64,000 nucleotides of DNA from assembly GCA_049852185.1 (NCBI GenBank), contig CP187540.1; one strand, 5' to 3'. Within the stretch, counting starts at the first letter, position 1; every line of letters starts with the position of its first letter. Positions 21,890 to 31,258 of this stretch are shown piece by piece. The notes below the pieces were generated by a model that was not told the DNA's origin, ran no database searches, and was given only the letters and a program-made list of their open reading frames with translations. The position numbers were made by a program, and so were the translations under genes. Source of the DNA: Methanocaldococcus sp. 28A. GTDB lineage: Archaea > AGJL01 > Methanococci > Methanococcales > Methanocaldococcaceae.

Positions 21890-23029
21890 TTACTCCTCTA
21901 CATCTTCATCTTCATCAAAATAAAGCCTATAAGTGTCTATATCATAGCCCATCTTATTTATAAACATTCTAATTACTCTTCCAGGGTCTCTTGATTTTGT
22001 AATCGCTCTACCAACAATTAATATTTGATATTCTTTCAATAGCTCTTCAACATTTTCTACTCCAATACCTCCAGCAATTGCTAATAGGCAGTTTCCTTTA
22101 AACCTCCACTCTTTTTTAATCCCAAAAGTCTCTTCATCAATTCCTCTATGTAAAATAACTACATCTGGCTTTAATTTTAAAGAATTGTATAATTTTTGAG
22201 GTTCAGAGACATTCATCATATCTAAGTAGCTAATTAAACCACATTTTTGGCATTCGTGAATAGCTTTAATTATTGTTGATTTTGGTGCTACTCCACTTAT
22301 TGCTACTGCATTTGCTGTAGCTTCAAAAGCTAATCTAACCTCAACCCTTCCAGTATCTAATGTTTTTAAATCAGCAACAATAAAGCCATCAAAATACTCT
22401 CTCATTATCTCAATAACTTCCAAGCCAAATTTTTTAATTAATGGAGTTCCTGCCTCTAAGATTATATGGTCGCTCTTTGGAATTGTTTGTAATAAAAACT
22501 CCAAATTCTCCATTGTTGGAACATCCAAAGCAATTTGTAGATATGGAGGATACTCTAATCTAACATCTCTAAACCCAACTAATGGATGCAAAGCTCTATA
22601 CTTCTCTTTCTTTACCTTTTCTTTTGATGGATATTCATTTAAAGCTCTGTTTATAGCTAACTTTGTTGAAGCATAAAAGTATTGGAAGAGTTTTCTTTTT
22701 GTTAAGTTTGTTATTGGAATCTCTGGGACATTAACACTAACAACAACCTTTAAATCCTCATCTAAATCTAAATCAGCAACAGCCTTAGCAACAGCATATT
22801 GAATAACTCCATGAAATAGCTCATCTTGTATATTGTTCTCAATATTATGTCTTGGAACTACTAAGGTCATTGGCTTAACTATTAAATTAGGTCTTAAGTT
22901 TGCAAAAACACAGTTACCTCTTGTTAAGGCATTTGTGAAAACACTTTCCATTTCTTTACCTTTTCCTAATGCAACATTAACAATAGCTTTAACATCATTT
23001 CCCAAAACAGCTTCTCCAAATTTTATCAT
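21890..23029 (-). CDS. fae-hps: Bifunctional formaldehyde-activating enzyme / 3-hexulose-6-phosphate synthase
   Basis: Fae-like N-terminus (VKPMTLVVP, AVAKAVAD) fused to LQIALD, EAGTPLIK, ADLKTLDTG, ILIVGRAIT. Confidence 0.92.
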   Translation of the reverse strand: MIKFGEAVLGNDVKAIVNVALGKGKEMESVFTNALTRGNCVFANLRPNLIVKPMTLVVPRHNIENNIQDELFHGVIQYAVAKAVADLDLDEDLKVVVSVNVPEIPITNLTKRKLFQYFYASTKLAINRALNEYPSKEKVKKEKYRALHPLVGFRDVRLEYPPYLQIALDVPTMENLEFLLQTIPKSDHIILEAGTPLIKKFGLEVIEIMREYFDGFIVADLKTLDTGRVEVRLAFEATANAVAISGVAPKSTIIKAIHECQKCGLISYLDMMNVSEPQKLYNSLKLKPDVVILHRGIDEETFGIKKEWRFKGNCLLAIAGGIGVENVEELLKEYQILIVGRAITKSRDPGRVIRMFINKMGYDIDTYRLYFDEDEDVEE

Positions 23030-23051
23030 GTCACTCCCTTTAATTTATTAT

Positions 23052-23825
23052 TTAAAATTTAACAATTTTTCCACTAGCATCTCTCTTATACTTCCCAAAT
23101 TCTTTAATAAATCTCAACTTATCTCCCCAAAATACTGGACCATCCTTACAAACACAAAGCCCTTCATTATCTAAACAACACTGCCCACAGATGCCAATAC
23201 CACACTTCATGTATCTTTCCATTGAAACTTGAATTGGAATATTATATTCATTGGCGATATCAACAACCTTCTTCATCATTATTTCTGGTCCGCAAGTTAT
23301 AATTAAATCAAATTTCTCTTCTTTAAGAACTTCTTTCATTTTTTCAGTTGTAAAGCCTTTAAATCCAAAACTACCATCATCTGTGCAAATCTCTAATTTC
23401 CCCGCTTTTTCAAATTTATCTAAAAATAACAATTCTTCTTTAGTCCTTGCTCCCAATATAGTTGTTATTTCAATCCCTTGCTTTGAAAATTCTTCAACTG
23501 CTGTTATAATTGGTGCAGCTCCAATACCTCCAGCAACAGCTAAGATTTTATCTCCCAACGGCTCAAAATATGTTCCATAAGGTCCTCTAACTCCTATTAT
23601 ATCTCCTTCTTTTAATTCATGCATTTTTTTAGTAAATTCTCCAACTCTCGCAACGCTAAAACTGTTTTTGGAAGAGAAACCAAATGGTTTTTCATCAATT
23701 CCTGGAATCCAAAGCATTGCAAACTGTCCTGGCTTAAAATCAAAATCTCTATCTATTACAAATGTTTTTACTGTAGGACTTTCTACTATTATCTCTTCTA
23801 TTCTACAAATAATTGGTTTCTCCAT
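23052..23825 (-). CDS. pyrK: Dihydroorotate dehydrogenase electron transfer subunit
   Basis: FKPGQF, RGPYG, AGGIG, CGPEIMM, MKCGIGICGQC, CKDGPVF. Confidence 0.93.
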   Translation of the reverse strand: MEKPIICRIEEIIVESPTVKTFVIDRDFDFKPGQFAMLWIPGIDEKPFGFSSKNSFSVARVGEFTKKMHELKEGDIIGVRGPYGTYFEPLGDKILAVAGGIGAAPIITAVEEFSKQGIEITTILGARTKEELLFLDKFEKAGKLEICTDDGSFGFKGFTTEKMKEVLKEEKFDLIITCGPEIMMKKVVDIANEYNIPIQVSMERYMKCGIGICGQCCLDNEGLCVCKDGPVFWGDKLRFIKEFGKYKRDASGKIVKF

Positions 23826-23858
23826 TATATCACCTATATTTTAATAATAATTTAAATT

Positions 23859-24400
23859 TTACAAATCATTTATTGTTCTAACAACTTTTCCTTTCTCTAT
23901 CAACTTTATAATCAAATCCAAACTAACTGGCTTATACCCTAAAACCTCAACAGAAACATTAACTCTATTTTTTTTAGGATTTATAAATGGATATTCATCT
24001 AAGTGATTTGCATGGTGATGCCCATGAATAACCCAACCTTCGAAGTTTAAAGCATAAGAGCTATCTGGATTATGAACTAACATGAATTTATAGCCATCAT
24101 ATTCAATTATTTTAAATTTTTCACCAAATTTGTCATGATTTCCTTTTATAAAGATTATTTCACCATTTAGTAATCCCATAAGCTCTTTAGCTCTTTTAGC
24201 TTTATTTTTACTTAAAATAAAATCACCTAAGAAATAAACAACATCTTTATCTCTAACAATATTATTCCAATTTTTTATTAGAGCTTTGTTCATTTCTTCA
24301 ACACTTGAAAATGGTCTATTCTTGAAAATGGTCTATTGCAGTATTTTATAATGTTTGCATGGTTAAAATGTGTATCAGAGATTAGATAAATTTTTCTCAT
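23859..24400 (-). pseudogene. Calcineurin-like metallophosphoesterase, frameshifted
   Basis: MRKIYLISDTHFNH start at 24400 is out of frame with LGDF/GNHD/HGHHH because CTTGAAAATGGTCTATT is duplicated (24304-24337). Confidence 0.88.
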
Positions 24401-24421
24401 AATTATCCCAAAAGTATAAAA

Positions 24422-25402
24422 TTATTTAAACCATGCATCTAATGTTTTTTGCTTTGTTTTATTTGCAATTAAATTATAGAGCTTATCAACATGCTTCTTA
24501 ACTCTATCATAGTTAAAATCATTTTCATCAACTAAAAATTTAATTATTCCTTCTTTGTTGGGCAATTTTAAATTTAATGTGTAATCATCAGTAACCTTTG
24601 GTTTTTTAAATATTTCTCTAATTTCTTCATAGTTTTCAACTTCTTTTTTCAAAACATCTTTAGCTACTCCACTTCTAACTAATTCATAAGCTCTTTTAAA
24701 TCCAATCCCCTTAACACCTCCTGGATTGTAATCAGTTCCCATAAATATGGCTATATCAATCAAATCATCTAAAGAGATTCTTAAATCTTCTAAAACCTCA
24801 TTTAATTCAATGAGTTCTGGCATCTCTTTTGTAGTTGTTAAATTTCTAACAACCCTTGGTGAGCCATACAACAAAGCATCATAATCTTGACTTACAACTG
24901 CCCAAACATCCCCTTTCTTTGCCATGTAGCTTGCTTGTGCTTCTCCCTCAGAAGGAGCTTCAACATAAGGGATTCCCATTAAACTTAATAAATATTTGCA
25001 ATTCTCAACAATTTTTGGAGTTAGATAACTAACTCTCTTTGCATATTTAGCCGCTTCTTCAAAATTTTCTTTTTTAATTGCTTCTTTCATCTTAATCTCA
25101 GCTTTCTCCTTCATCTCTCTTCTAAATTTTCGTGTTTTTTCCTTTAACTTTGGTGGCTCTCCATCAAAAACCCAGATTGGTGTTATGTCATTCTCTAACA
25201 AATGAATAGTTTTATAAAAAACTCCGTTATAAGCGGAGGTTATCTCTCCCTTTCTATTTCTTAATGGTGAGCCATCTTTTAACCTTATAGAAGTCAAAAA
25301 TTGATATAAAGCATTCATTCCATCAATAGCAACCTTTTTTCCTTTTAAATCTTCAAAAGAAATAATTTTTTTTGGTATAAAATCACCAAACTGCACTCCC
25401 AT
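24422..25402 (-). CDS. fen: Flap endonuclease 1
   Basis: MGV start, AIDG.NALYQFL, VFDG, APSEGEAQA, GTDYN, C-terminal PIP box QKTLDAWF. Confidence 0.97.
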   Translation of the reverse strand: MGVQFGDFIPKKIISFEDLKGKKVAIDGMNALYQFLTSIRLKDGSPLRNRKGEITSAYNGVFYKTIHLLENDITPIWVFDGEPPKLKEKTRKFRREMKEKAEIKMKEAIKKENFEEAAKYAKRVSYLTPKIVENCKYLLSLMGIPYVEAPSEGEAQASYMAKKGDVWAVVSQDYDALLYGSPRVVRNLTTTKEMPELIELNEVLEDLRISLDDLIDIAIFMGTDYNPGGVKGIGFKRAYELVRSGVAKDVLKKEVENYEEIREIFKKPKVTDDYTLNLKLPNKEGIIKFLVDENDFNYDRVKKHVDKLYNLIANKTKQKTLDAWFK

Positions 25403-25558
25403 GCTATCCCTCATAGTAATCTTAACCATAGCATAGTTTAGATTTTACTGTATTTATTTAAAAAATTTGAATGTCATTAAAAATTTATTCTTGAAAATCT
25501 TTTTATTTAAAAATTAATATAATAATAATTTAATAAAAATAGCTAAGGGCTTAAATCT

Positions 25559-28500
25559 TTAAAGTTTTTCCTTCCAAGTCATATCTATGCTAATACTCCC
25601 TCCCTGGAATTCACCAATGTCTGATATATTGCTATAGCTTTCTTCAATGTCTCCTTCAATCTCTAAATAAATCATTTTAAGTTCATCAATGTTTTCTTCA
25701 CTTGTCTTCCATAGTCCTCTTTGATAAGCTTCTAATAACCTTCTTGCAATCTCTTCCAAGGCGTATATATTGTGTTCTTTAAAGAACTTCCTATTGTTTT
25801 CATTTTTTATAAAAGTATTAAAGATTTCATCAAATATCCAATTATCAACCTCTTTAGTTGTAGCACTCCAGCCATAAACCCTTCCTATTCTCTTTGCTAT
25901 ATCCCCAGCCCCTTTATATCCATGCTTTTTCATACCTTCAATCCATCTTGGATTTAGAAGCTTCGTTAATGTAACTCTCTCAATCTCCTCTTTTAACGTT
26001 CTTACCTCAACATTATTTGGATTTCTTGTGTCTCCATAATAGGCTTTAATATCTTTACCTTTTAAAACTTTTGCAGCATTTGTTAAACCTCCATGAGTTC
26101 CAAAGTAGCAACAACAGCCAAATAAGTCATATTCATCAGTAACAACTTTATTGAATGTTAAATCAACTGTCTTTAATATATTCTCAAAGGCATTAATTGC
26201 CTTTTTTCCATAAACTCCCTTTCCATAGGCATAAGAATTCCAGTAGATGAATGCATCTTTCAAATCTTCTTCATCTTCCCAAGCACTTGCATATACGGCA
26301 TATTTAACCCCATTTCCATAAGTTCCTGGAGCAGAGCTGAAAATTCTAAACGTTGATTCTCTAAATGATAATCCTTTATTTAAATTCTCAACAACATGTT
26401 TCTTTACAAAATTCATCTCCAATGGTTCATCTAATTTAGCAACTTTCATAATTGCTTCATCAATAAGCTCTATACAGTTTGGAAACATATCTCTTGTTAT
26501 AGCACTAACTCTTATAGTAACATCAATTCTTGGTCTTCCCAATTCTTCTAATGGAATTATCTCTAACCCAACAACTTTTCCTCCTTTATAAACTGGTTTA
26601 ACTCCTAAAAGGTAAAGAATCATTCCCATTCCTTCTCCATCAGCCCACATTATGTCAGATGCCATCCAATATAGAGCAATATTTTCAGGATATTTATTTT
26701 CTTCTTCTAAGTATCTGTTGATTAATTTCTCAGCTAATAAAACCCCAACTCTGTAGGCAGATTTTGTAGGAACTCTGTATGGGTCTAATGAATAAAAGTT
26801 TCTCCCAGTTGGTAGAATATCATAATTTCCTCTTGTTATCAATCCAGAAGGACCAGGTTCAATATATTTAGCCTCAATGCCTCTCAATAAATATCCAATT
26901 TCATCAGATTTTTCAATTCTTTGATTTATATCCTTGATTTTTTCTTCTAATTTTTTATCTTCTATACTTTCTCCTCTCAGCACATTATGAATTTTTTTCT
27001 TTAAATCTTTGTCTTTATATTCAAATTCCAAAATACTCTTTATAAACTCAACTCTCTTCTCTCCATTTGGAATTTCTCCAAAGATGTGCATTCCATCGTT
27101 GCATTTTGAGTTCTTTATCAACTCTAAAGTATTTCTTATTTCATCAAATATTTCTTTAAATTTCTCATGTATTTTTCTATCTTTTTCCAATTTTTCAATT
27201 TTTTCTTTTATTTTTAATAAATTGGTTTTTTTAACTTCCTCAATTATCAAATGCTCTAACTGATGCCTTCTTGAAGCATCCATCTCCTTTAAATATTCTT
27301 CTATATAACTATTTAGAGTCTCTAACTCTTCATAAAAGGCATCAGTCATAACTGTTTGCATGTGGTCTATAATGGTTGCATAGCTCCTTCTTTTAGCTAT
27401 TGTTCCCTCTGGTGGATTATCTGAGTTGTAAATATATAAGTGGGGAATATCTCCAATGCAAATATCTGGATAACACTCATTAGATAAACCAACATTCTTT
27501 CCTGGCAGAAATTCTAAAGTTCCATGCGTTCCAACGTGGATTATAATATCTCCAATATCATTAAAGTATTTATAACTTGCAAGATATTGATGAGTTGGTG
27601 GGCAATATGGGTCGTGCAAAATTTTACAAACTCTTCCATCACATCTTGCCCCTGCACAACCTCTCTTTGGTTGAACACAAACATAGACATTTCCAAACTT
27701 TAAACCCGTTATAACTATTTTATTCTTTCCATTTACCTTATAAACCATTCCAGCTGGGATATCTTTTCCTTCTAAATTGCCCCATATCTCTAAAACCTTA
27801 TTTTTTACATTTTCTGGCAGTTTGTTGAAGTATTCATAATATTCATCTTCATCCATTAAATATAGATAACCTCCTTTAGCAATAATCTCATTTACTGTAG
27901 TCCATCTAAACTCTGAAATTGCCTTTTTTTGTAAAATTAGTTGAGCCAATTCTTCTCCATTTTTTGGGATATTTTCTACAAAATAACCCTCATCCTTTAA
28001 CTTTTTCATAATATTTACAACACTCTGAAAACTGTCTAAATGAGCAGCACTACCTACAGTTGCTTCAACAGAAGCACATGCATTGTTGTGCAAGATAAAT
28101 ATAACTTTTCTATCTTTTTTTGGTTTGTATTTTAGTTCAATCCATCTCTTTATTCTTCTAATAACTTTGTCAATTCTCTCCTCAATACCAAACTTCTTCT
28201 CTAAACCATTTTCATTTTCAGTAGTTCCAATGATAATTGGCTCTATAACCCCCTCAAACTCTGGTAAAGCAATAGTCCAACCAATATCTGCCGATAAACC
28301 CTGCTCATCTTCTTTCCAATCATTATAGCTTTTATAATAACTCATTATTGGATGGAATACTGGGATATCTAATTTTTTAAGAATCTCAACCCCAGAGATT
28401 TTATTTAAATCTCCTCCATCTTTTACAGTTCCCAATGGAAATGATAATAAATTAATTAATCCATCTATTATTGGCATATCATCCTTAAAGAAGTATTTTA

Positions 28501-29116
28501 AAATGCTCTCTCCACCACCTAAGGCGTTTAGCTCCTCAAACTTAGCTCCATAAGAGAATACAGGGATTATGTTAAATTCTTTTTCTAATTTATTTAACAG
28601 CTTATCAATTACATCCATATCTTCATTAACTAAATAATGCCTTGAAAATAAAACTCCAACTGTGTATTTTTTATTAAACTCTACATTTTTCAAAAACTCA
28701 TCCAATTCATCATAAATCTTTCCTTTATAGTAAATACCTTGGAGAGGATGCTTTATAACATCTTTATCTTCACCCATCAAATAAAGAACCATATTTTTAA
28801 AGTTATCTAAACCTCCATATGTTGTAAATAAATAACATTTAGCAGATTTTTCAGAATTCCAAAAACTTGGGTCTTGGGCAACAACTAAAATATTTTCATT
28901 TAATTTTTTTATTTTTTCTAAATCAATATCATCTGATGATGTTTTATATATAAAAACTAAATCAGAGTTTTTAACATCTTCTAAAAAGCTATTATCGATT
29001 GGATTTCTATTAGAATATATTTTATATTCAACATTAACTCCCTCTTTTTTTAACTCATCAAGAGCTTTTTTTAAGATTGAGCAATAAGATGCCCACATAT
29101 AAAATGTGATTTTCAT
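25559..29116 (-). CDS. cobN: Cobaltochelatase CobN / Mg-chelatase H family subunit
   Basis: LPEFEG, HVGTHGTLEFLPGK, LPTGRNFY, RPRIDV, LLNPRWIEGM. Confidence 0.9.
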   Translation of the reverse strand: MKITFYMWASYCSILKKALDELKKEGVNVEYKIYSNRNPIDNSFLEDVKNSDLVFIYKTSSDDIDLEKIKKLNENILVVAQDPSFWNSEKSAKCYLFTTYGGLDNFKNMVLYLMGEDKDVIKHPLQGIYYKGKIYDELDEFLKNVEFNKKYTVGVLFSRHYLVNEDMDVIDKLLNKLEKEFNIIPVFSYGAKFEELNALGGGESILKYFFKDDMPIIDGLINLLSFPLGTVKDGGDLNKISGVEILKKLDIPVFHPIMSYYKSYNDWKEDEQGLSADIGWTIALPEFEGVIEPIIIGTTENENGLEKKFGIEERIDKVIRRIKRWIELKYKPKKDRKVIFILHNNACASVEATVGSAAHLDSFQSVVNIMKKLKDEGYFVENIPKNGEELAQLILQKKAISEFRWTTVNEIIAKGGYLYLMDEDEYYEYFNKLPENVKNKVLEIWGNLEGKDIPAGMVYKVNGKNKIVITGLKFGNVYVCVQPKRGCAGARCDGRVCKILHDPYCPPTHQYLASYKYFNDIGDIIIHVGTHGTLEFLPGKNVGLSNECYPDICIGDIPHLYIYNSDNPPEGTIAKRRSYATIIDHMQTVMTDAFYEELETLNSYIEEYLKEMDASRRHQLEHLIIEEVKKTNLLKIKEKIEKLEKDRKIHEKFKEIFDEIRNTLELIKNSKCNDGMHIFGEIPNGEKRVEFIKSILEFEYKDKDLKKKIHNVLRGESIEDKKLEEKIKDINQRIEKSDEIGYLLRGIEAKYIEPGPSGLITRGNYDILPTGRNFYSLDPYRVPTKSAYRVGVLLAEKLINRYLEEENKYPENIALYWMASDIMWADGEGMGMILYLLGVKPVYKGGKVVGLEIIPLEELGRPRIDVTIRVSAITRDMFPNCIELIDEAIMKVAKLDEPLEMNFVKKHVVENLNKGLSFRESTFRIFSSAPGTYGNGVKYAVYASAWEDEEDLKDAFIYWNSYAYGKGVYGKKAINAFENILKTVDLTFNKVVTDEYDLFGCCCYFGTHGGLTNAAKVLKGKDIKAYYGDTRNPNNVEVRTLKEEIERVTLTKLLNPRWIEGMKKHGYKGAGDIAKRIGRVYGWSATTKEVDNWIFDEIFNTFIKNENNRKFFKEHNIYALEEIARRLLEAYQRGLWKTSEENIDELKMIYLEIEGDIEESYSNISDIGEFQGGSISIDMTWKEKL

Positions 29117-29240
29117 AATACCACCATAATAATAAGAATTTATAATCACTACTATAGTGTTGATTTTTTATAGATTTTATTACTATTTATAATTTATCAT
29201 TAAAAATCATGATAGATTTCATAAAAAATAAAAAATAGAA

Positions 29241-30089
29241 TTAGCAAATAGAAGCCCCATCATTGTTTGGTTTGGTTAAAATAACACTTCCATATTTTAT
29301 TAATTTCTCTTTTACCTTCTCAACATTTTCATCTTCAACTATAGCTATATAACTCGGTCCAGTTCCAGATAAGCCAGCTGTTATAGCTCCTGCTTCTAAG
29401 GCATCTATAGTTATATTTGTTGGAAAGTTTAAAGCTGATGCATAAAGAATACCATTCAAAAACAAAGCTTTGAAATAGTTTCCATTAATAGCTTCATTAA
29501 AGGCAATTTCAATATAATCCTTTATTAATTTCATTCTATGGACATCAACATTTTTTTCTAAGTTTGGAATTAAAACTAAGATATTTAAATCCTCTGGCAT
29601 TTTATCTCTTTTTAAGATTTTTCTTTCTATGTTATCAGTTATTGTTATTCCTCCATAGTATGAGGCAGTGGCATCATCATAAGCTCCAGTAACAGTTAAT
29701 TTCTCATCAAAACTTGACTTTATACCTAAATTTAATATAAGCTCATCATCTATTTTTTCTCCCAATGCGTCAAACGTCGCTAAAACAACAGCGTTAGATG
29801 TAGCTGAACTACTGCTCAAACCTGATTTTATAGGAATTTCTGTTTTTGTTTCAACATAGGCTGAGTAATTCAAATTAAAATAATCCAATGTATTTTTAAC
29901 ACATCTAATTATTAAATTTGGATTAATATTTGGATTATCTAACACTCTCCCTTCAATTTTATTTTTTCCATCGTCTATTAACTTAACTCTTGCATAGACT
30001 TTTAAATCTATTCCAAATGCAGAACCTTTACCCGTTGCTATTGCATTTATTATTGTTCCTGAGGCTAATGCGTATGCGCTTCCTTCCAT
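29241..30089 (-). CDS. aroK: Archaeal shikimate kinase (GHMP family)
   Basis: [42 protein letters not shown]. Confidence 0.95.
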   Translation of the reverse strand: MEGSAYALASGTIINAIATGKGSAFGIDLKVYARVKLIDDGKNKIEGRVLDNPNINPNLIIRCVKNTLDYFNLNYSAYVETKTEIPIKSGLSSSSATSNAVVLATFDALGEKIDDELILNLGIKSSFDEKLTVTGAYDDATASYYGGITITDNIERKILKRDKMPEDLNILVLIPNLEKNVDVHRMKLIKDYIEIAFNEAINGNYFKALFLNGILYASALNFPTNITIDALEAGAITAGLSGTGPSYIAIVEDENVEKVKEKLIKYGSVILTKPNNDGASIC

Positions 30090-30107
30090 AATATCACATT
30101 TAAAAAT

Positions 30108-30132
30108 TTTGATGAAACTTTCTTAAAGTTTC
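30108..30132. repeat. 25-bp hairpin motif shared with 42633-42657 (family C fragment)
   Basis: TTTGATGAAACTTTCTTAAAGTTTC is identical at both sites. Confidence 0.75.
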
Positions 30133-30205
30133 AGGTGGAACCTTTACCCGTTGCTATTGCATTTATTATTGTCCCTGACGCTAACGCATAAGCATTACCT
30201 TCCAT
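30131..30205 (-). pseudogene. Duplicate of the first 23 codons of aroK
   Basis: [24 protein letters not shown]; 35 bp (30138-30172) identical to 30022-30056. Confidence 0.9.
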
Positions 30206-30243
30206 TAAAATCAACCTTCAATAATTATTGTTTAAATTATTGT

Positions 30244-30828
30244 TTAATTATAACTCCAATTCCATAAACCAATTCTATGTTCTTTTGCATTTTTCTCAAC
30301 TTCTAAGAATTCATTTTTTAACTCAAAATTACTTATATAAACTCTTGCATAACCATATTTTAAAAGCTCTTCATTGAAGTTTATCAAATTATTACTATTA
30401 TTTATAAAGATATAGGCTAAATATCTTCCATATTTGTCTTTTTTTGGAGCTTCATTATCAAAGACTATAATAACTGTTTTATGGTCTAATTGCTTCTTTG
30501 CAAAGTTTTTAGCTTTAATTCCCCAGATTTTTAGATAGGTTGTATTTGTTATTGGCTTCCCATTTGATAAATAATACTCATAGGGATTGTTTTTTTTGTA
30601 TGTTTCTGGTGTGTCTACCCCTAACAACCTGATTTTCCATAATTTTCCATTAACATTTACATAAACGGTGTCTCCATCAACAACTTTAACAACCTTTCCG
30701 TAATAATGCTCATGAGTATTTACAAAATTGGAATTATTATAAAAATTATCTTGACTAAATTCAATACAACCTCCTAAAAAAACAAAAATAAGTAACATTA
30801 AAATTATTGGAGATATTTTAAACGTCAT
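30244..30828 (-). CDS. Thermonuclease (SNase) family protein, probable lipoprotein
   Basis: Signal with LGGC, VVDGDT, RLLGVDTPE, DKYGRYLAY, GLW. Confidence 0.92.
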   Translation of the reverse strand: MTFKISPIILMLLIFVFLGGCIEFSQDNFYNNSNFVNTHEHYYGKVVKVVDGDTVYVNVNGKLWKIRLLGVDTPETYKKNNPYEYYLSNGKPITNTTYLKIWGIKAKNFAKKQLDHKTVIIVFDNEAPKKDKYGRYLAYIFINNSNNLINFNEELLKYGYARVYISNFELKNEFLEVEKNAKEHRIGLWNWSYN

Positions 30829-30879
30829 AATTTCACCATAATAAGAGTATAGTAGCTAATATTATTAGAGAAAAGGTTT

Positions 30880-31216
30880 TATAGAGACAATATCGAATAA
30901 CACATACTTAAAGAAAGTTAGCAAGCTAAATTGTCTATTAACGGACTTTTACTCTCGATATATTAATAAGGCAGACGATATTATGTTTAAAGAAGTTTAT
31001 AAATCTTTCGTTAAAAATCGTATTCAATTTAAAAAAACTATAAAAAATTTTACGCATTTTAGGTCAGAGTTATATAATCACGAGGTTTAAATACTTTAAA
31101 AATACGTTAAAAGAGATAAATGACAATATTTTTTAAGGTTTGATGTAATCTTAAAAACATTAAAAAAAGAAAACAAATACAAAAGATTTGTAATGGATAG
31201 TAAAATCGTCTCTATA
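30880..31216. mobile_element. Possible degraded IS/MITE relic
   Basis: Imperfect 12-bp inverted ends TATAGAGACAAT / ATCGTCTCTATA around broken reading frames. Confidence 0.3.
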
Positions 31217-31258
31217 TGCGGAATTTTAAACTATGCAAAGGAAAATGGATGTATATAT

